From positions 1 to 30,668 of the forward strand of contig JAEERN010000089.1 of the NCBI GenBank assembly GCA_016285815.1: DNA of 30,668 nt. The letters are read 5' to 3'. The notes under the pieces were generated by a model. The model made no database searches, was not told the origin of the DNA, and saw only the letters and a program-made list of their open reading frames with translations. Positions 28,786 through 30,668 of the stretch are shown here, in pieces. The translations under genes were made by a program, and so were the position numbers. This DNA comes from Clostridiales bacterium (lineage in GTDB: Bacteria; Bacillota; Clostridia; Oscillospirales; QAMX01). Numbering within the stretch: the stretch's first letter is position 1; each line of letters starts with the position of its first letter.

Positions 28786-29562
28786 TCAGATACGGATGGT
28801 TTCGGGCGGGGTCCCGTCCCGGACGGCGACGACGGTCAGCCGTTCGCTGTCGGGCCGGGCCGGCCGGAGTGAGAACCCGTCGCACACGGCGCGGCGCGTC
28901 ATGTGCCCCGCGGCCAGCGCCTCGTCCAGCTCGTCCAGCGAAAAGGCGCGCTCGGCGACGGTGTCGCTGCCGCGGACGTAGGTGCCGGAGGCCGTCTCGG
29001 AGAACAGGTCCAGATCGATTTGCAGGCGGGCCGTTTTCGGCGCGAAGCGATAGCGGTAGGTGCAGAACAGCCCCTCCGCCTCGCGGACGAAGGCCAGCTT
29101 GTCCAGCCGCGCCATGCGCGGGACGGTGATGACGTCGAAGACGAAGACGCCGCCGGGCTCCAGAAACAGCCCGACCCGGGAAAAGGCGCGGGCCAGCGCG
29201 CGCGGGCCGGACAGGTGGTTCACGCTGTCCAGACAGCAGAAGACGGTGCGGACCGTGCCGTAGAGGTCCAGCGCCTCCATGCGCTGGCACAGGAAAAGCG
29301 CGGGCCGCCCGGTCCCGGCGCATTTGCCGGCGGCCACCGAGAGCATCTCGGGCGAAGCGTCCGCGCCGATGACGTCCAGCCCCCGGTCGGCAAGCGCGCG
29401 CGACAGGCTGCCCGTCCCGCAGGCCAGGTCCAGCACGAGGCCGGGCTCCTGCTGCCCGTACCGCGCCGCGAGCCGCAGGAACACGTCCGCGACGCGGGCA
29501 TAGTCCACGTCGTCGGTGAGCCGGTCGTAGGCGTCGGCGAGAAGAGAATAGGCGGACAGCAC
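28786..29562 (-). CDS. Class I SAM-dependent methyltransferase (YqeM-like)
   Basis: YDRLTDDVDY, VLDLACGTG, IGADAS, CQRMEALDL, DSVNHL, LEPGGVFVFDV; GTG start just after the yerC stop. Confidence 0.88.
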   Translation of the reverse strand: MLSAYSLLADAYDRLTDDVDYARVADVFLRLAARYGQQEPGLVLDLACGTGSLSRALADRGLDVIGADASPEMLSVAAGKCAGTGRPALFLCQRMEALDLYGTVRTVFCCLDSVNHLSGPRALARAFSRVGLFLEPGGVFVFDVITVPRMARLDKLAFVREAEGLFCTYRYRFAPKTARLQIDLDLFSETASGTYVRGSDTVAERAFSLDELDEALAAGHMTRRAVCDGFSLRPARPDSERLTVVAVRDGTPPETIRI

Positions 29563-29567
29563 GGGCG

Positions 29568-29867
29568 TCAGTCCTTTCCGTCCGCGGCGTCCAGCCGGTC
29601 GAAGACCAGACGGTATCCGCGGCCGTAGCTCAGACAGCGGTTCACGCGGCTGACGGTGGAGCTTGAGACGCCGGTGGAGCCGACGATGCGCAGATAGGGC
29701 TCGCCGCGGTCCAACAGCCGCGCCACGCGGATCCGCTGGGCCAGCGCGGAGATCTCCGTGGGCGTGCAGAGGTCTTCCAGCAGCAGGACCGCCTCTTCCG
29801 GCGTCTGCAGACAGGCAAGCGCCCGGTACAGCTCTTCAAGGTCTGGTTTGTTTCGACTTGCCGGCAT
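29568..29867 (-). CDS. YerC/YecD TrpR-like regulator
   Basis: ATG 29867 after AAGGA; LEDLCTPTEISALAQRIRVARLL, TGVSSSTVSRVNRCLSYG; 99 aa. It is the tail of the 29568-30407 ORF. Confidence 0.9.
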   Translation of the reverse strand: MPASRNKPDLEELYRALACLQTPEEAVLLLEDLCTPTEISALAQRIRVARLLDRGEPYLRIVGSTGVSSSTVSRVNRCLSYGRGYRLVFDRLDAADGKD

Positions 29868-29895
29868 GAAAACAACGTCCTTTCTCTGTGGTTGT

Positions 29896-29909
29896 AAAAC
29901 GATCGTTTT
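29896..29909. promoter_or_regulatory. Perfect 14-bp palindrome in yerC/DUF421 divergent region
   Basis: AAAACGATCGTTTT. Confidence 0.5.
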
Positions 29910-29945
29910 CGGGAAACACTTGAAAACGGAAGGAGGGATGCGCGG

Positions 29946-30599
29946 ATGCTGATCGCACTGGCGAGGACCGTCCTGCTGTATCTCGTGGTGGTGGCGGTCA
30001 TGCGCGTGCTGGGCAAGCGTCAGATCGGAGAACTCGAGCCCAGCGAGCTGGTGATCACGATCCTGGTCAGCGAGCTGGCCGCGGTGCCCATGCAGGATCC
30101 CGGGCTTCCCATGCTGGCGGGGCTGACGCCCATCGCCGTGCTGCTGGCCCTGGGGATCCTGACGTCCGTGTGGGGCGCGCGCTCGCCGCGCGTGCGGCAG
30201 GTGCTGTACGGCAAGCCCAGCATCGTGATCGACGGGGGAAGGTTCGTCCAGAGCGAGATCCGCCGGCTGCGGCTGTCGGTGGACGAGATCACGGAAGAGC
30301 TGAGGCTCAAGGGTGTCGCCGACGTGGAGTCGGTGCGCTTCGCCGTGGTGGAGACCAACGGACAGGTGAGCGTGCTTGAGGACGACGGGACCGGCGGCCC
30401 GCGGCACCTGCCCGTCTCGCTGATCTGCGAGGGGACCGTGATGGAGCGGAACCTTCCGCTGGCCGGGCTGGACCGAAAAGGCCTGAAGGCGCTGTTGGCC
30501 GGACAGGGGATCCGGGGGCCGGAAGACGTGTTCTATATGTACCGGACGTCCGGCGGCGCGGTCCGGATCATCCGGACGGAAAAGGAGGCGCCGCGATGA
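29946..30599 (+). CDS. DUF421 (YetF-like) membrane protein
   Basis: RVLGKRQIGELEPSELVITILVSELAAVPM, LYGKPSIVIDGG, EELRLKG, AVVETNGQVSV; AAGGAGG RBS. Confidence 0.92.
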   Translation: MLIALARTVLLYLVVVAVMRVLGKRQIGELEPSELVITILVSELAAVPMQDPGLPMLAGLTPIAVLLALGILTSVWGARSPRVRQVLYGKPSIVIDGGRFVQSEIRRLRLSVDEITEELRLKGVADVESVRFAVVETNGQVSVLEDDGTGGPRHLPVSLICEGTVMERNLPLAGLDRKGLKALLAGQGIRGPEDVFYMYRTSGGAVRIIRTEKEAPR

Positions 30600-30668
30600 G
30601 GCCGCGGTGGCTGACGCTGCTGGCCGCCGCCGCGCTGGCGGCGGTCCTGGCCGGCGGGATTGCGGTCC
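30596..30668 (+). CDS. Start of a membrane/secreted protein, 3'-truncated (position fits the usual DUF4363-like partner of DUF421)
   Basis: ATGA overlap with DUF421 stop; MRPRWLTLLAAAALAAVLAGGIAV is hydrophobic. Family inferred from synteny only. Confidence 0.55.
   Translation, partial: MRPRWLTLLAAAALAAVLAGGIAV

Noticed and set aside
29868-30407. N-terminal extension of the YerC-like ORF to 279 aa
   Set aside because: Antisense to DUF421; family size is about 100 aa and an RBS precedes ATG 29867.

Overview
High-GC window (roughly two-thirds G+C by eye) from a Clostridia-like Firmicute; a SpoIIE homologue points to a spore-former lineage. The left third is housekeeping: spoIIE-like (5'-truncated), pgk-tpiA, trmL, a THUMP/RlmL-type RNA methyltransferase, LysR, an MBL hydrolase, nth, glyA, rarA, a NimA-like flavoprotein and an amidohydrolase. 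The middle (about 12.3-26.9 kb) is an accessory carbohydrate locus built around a divergent sigmaA promoter pair. Leftward is an operon encoding a degenerate GmhA-like SIS domain fused to a HAD phosphatase, an HldE/RfaE-like PfkB kinase, a GT2 and an FAD oxidoreductase. Rightward are a GH38 alpha-mannosidase, a TIM-barrel sugar isomerase/eliminase-like protein and a LacZ-type GH2. A convergent DUF6259-like putative glycoside hydrolase is broken by a 1-nt frameshift near 25965. An exact 70-bp tandem duplication (17219-17358) doubles the DNA between the two divergent promoters. The right end holds a yerC-methyltransferase-hslO-DUF5131 operon and a divergent DUF421 gene with the start of its partner. 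I found no tRNA, rRNA, CRISPR array, transposase or phage structural gene. Family assignments come from motif recognition by eye; no database search was run.
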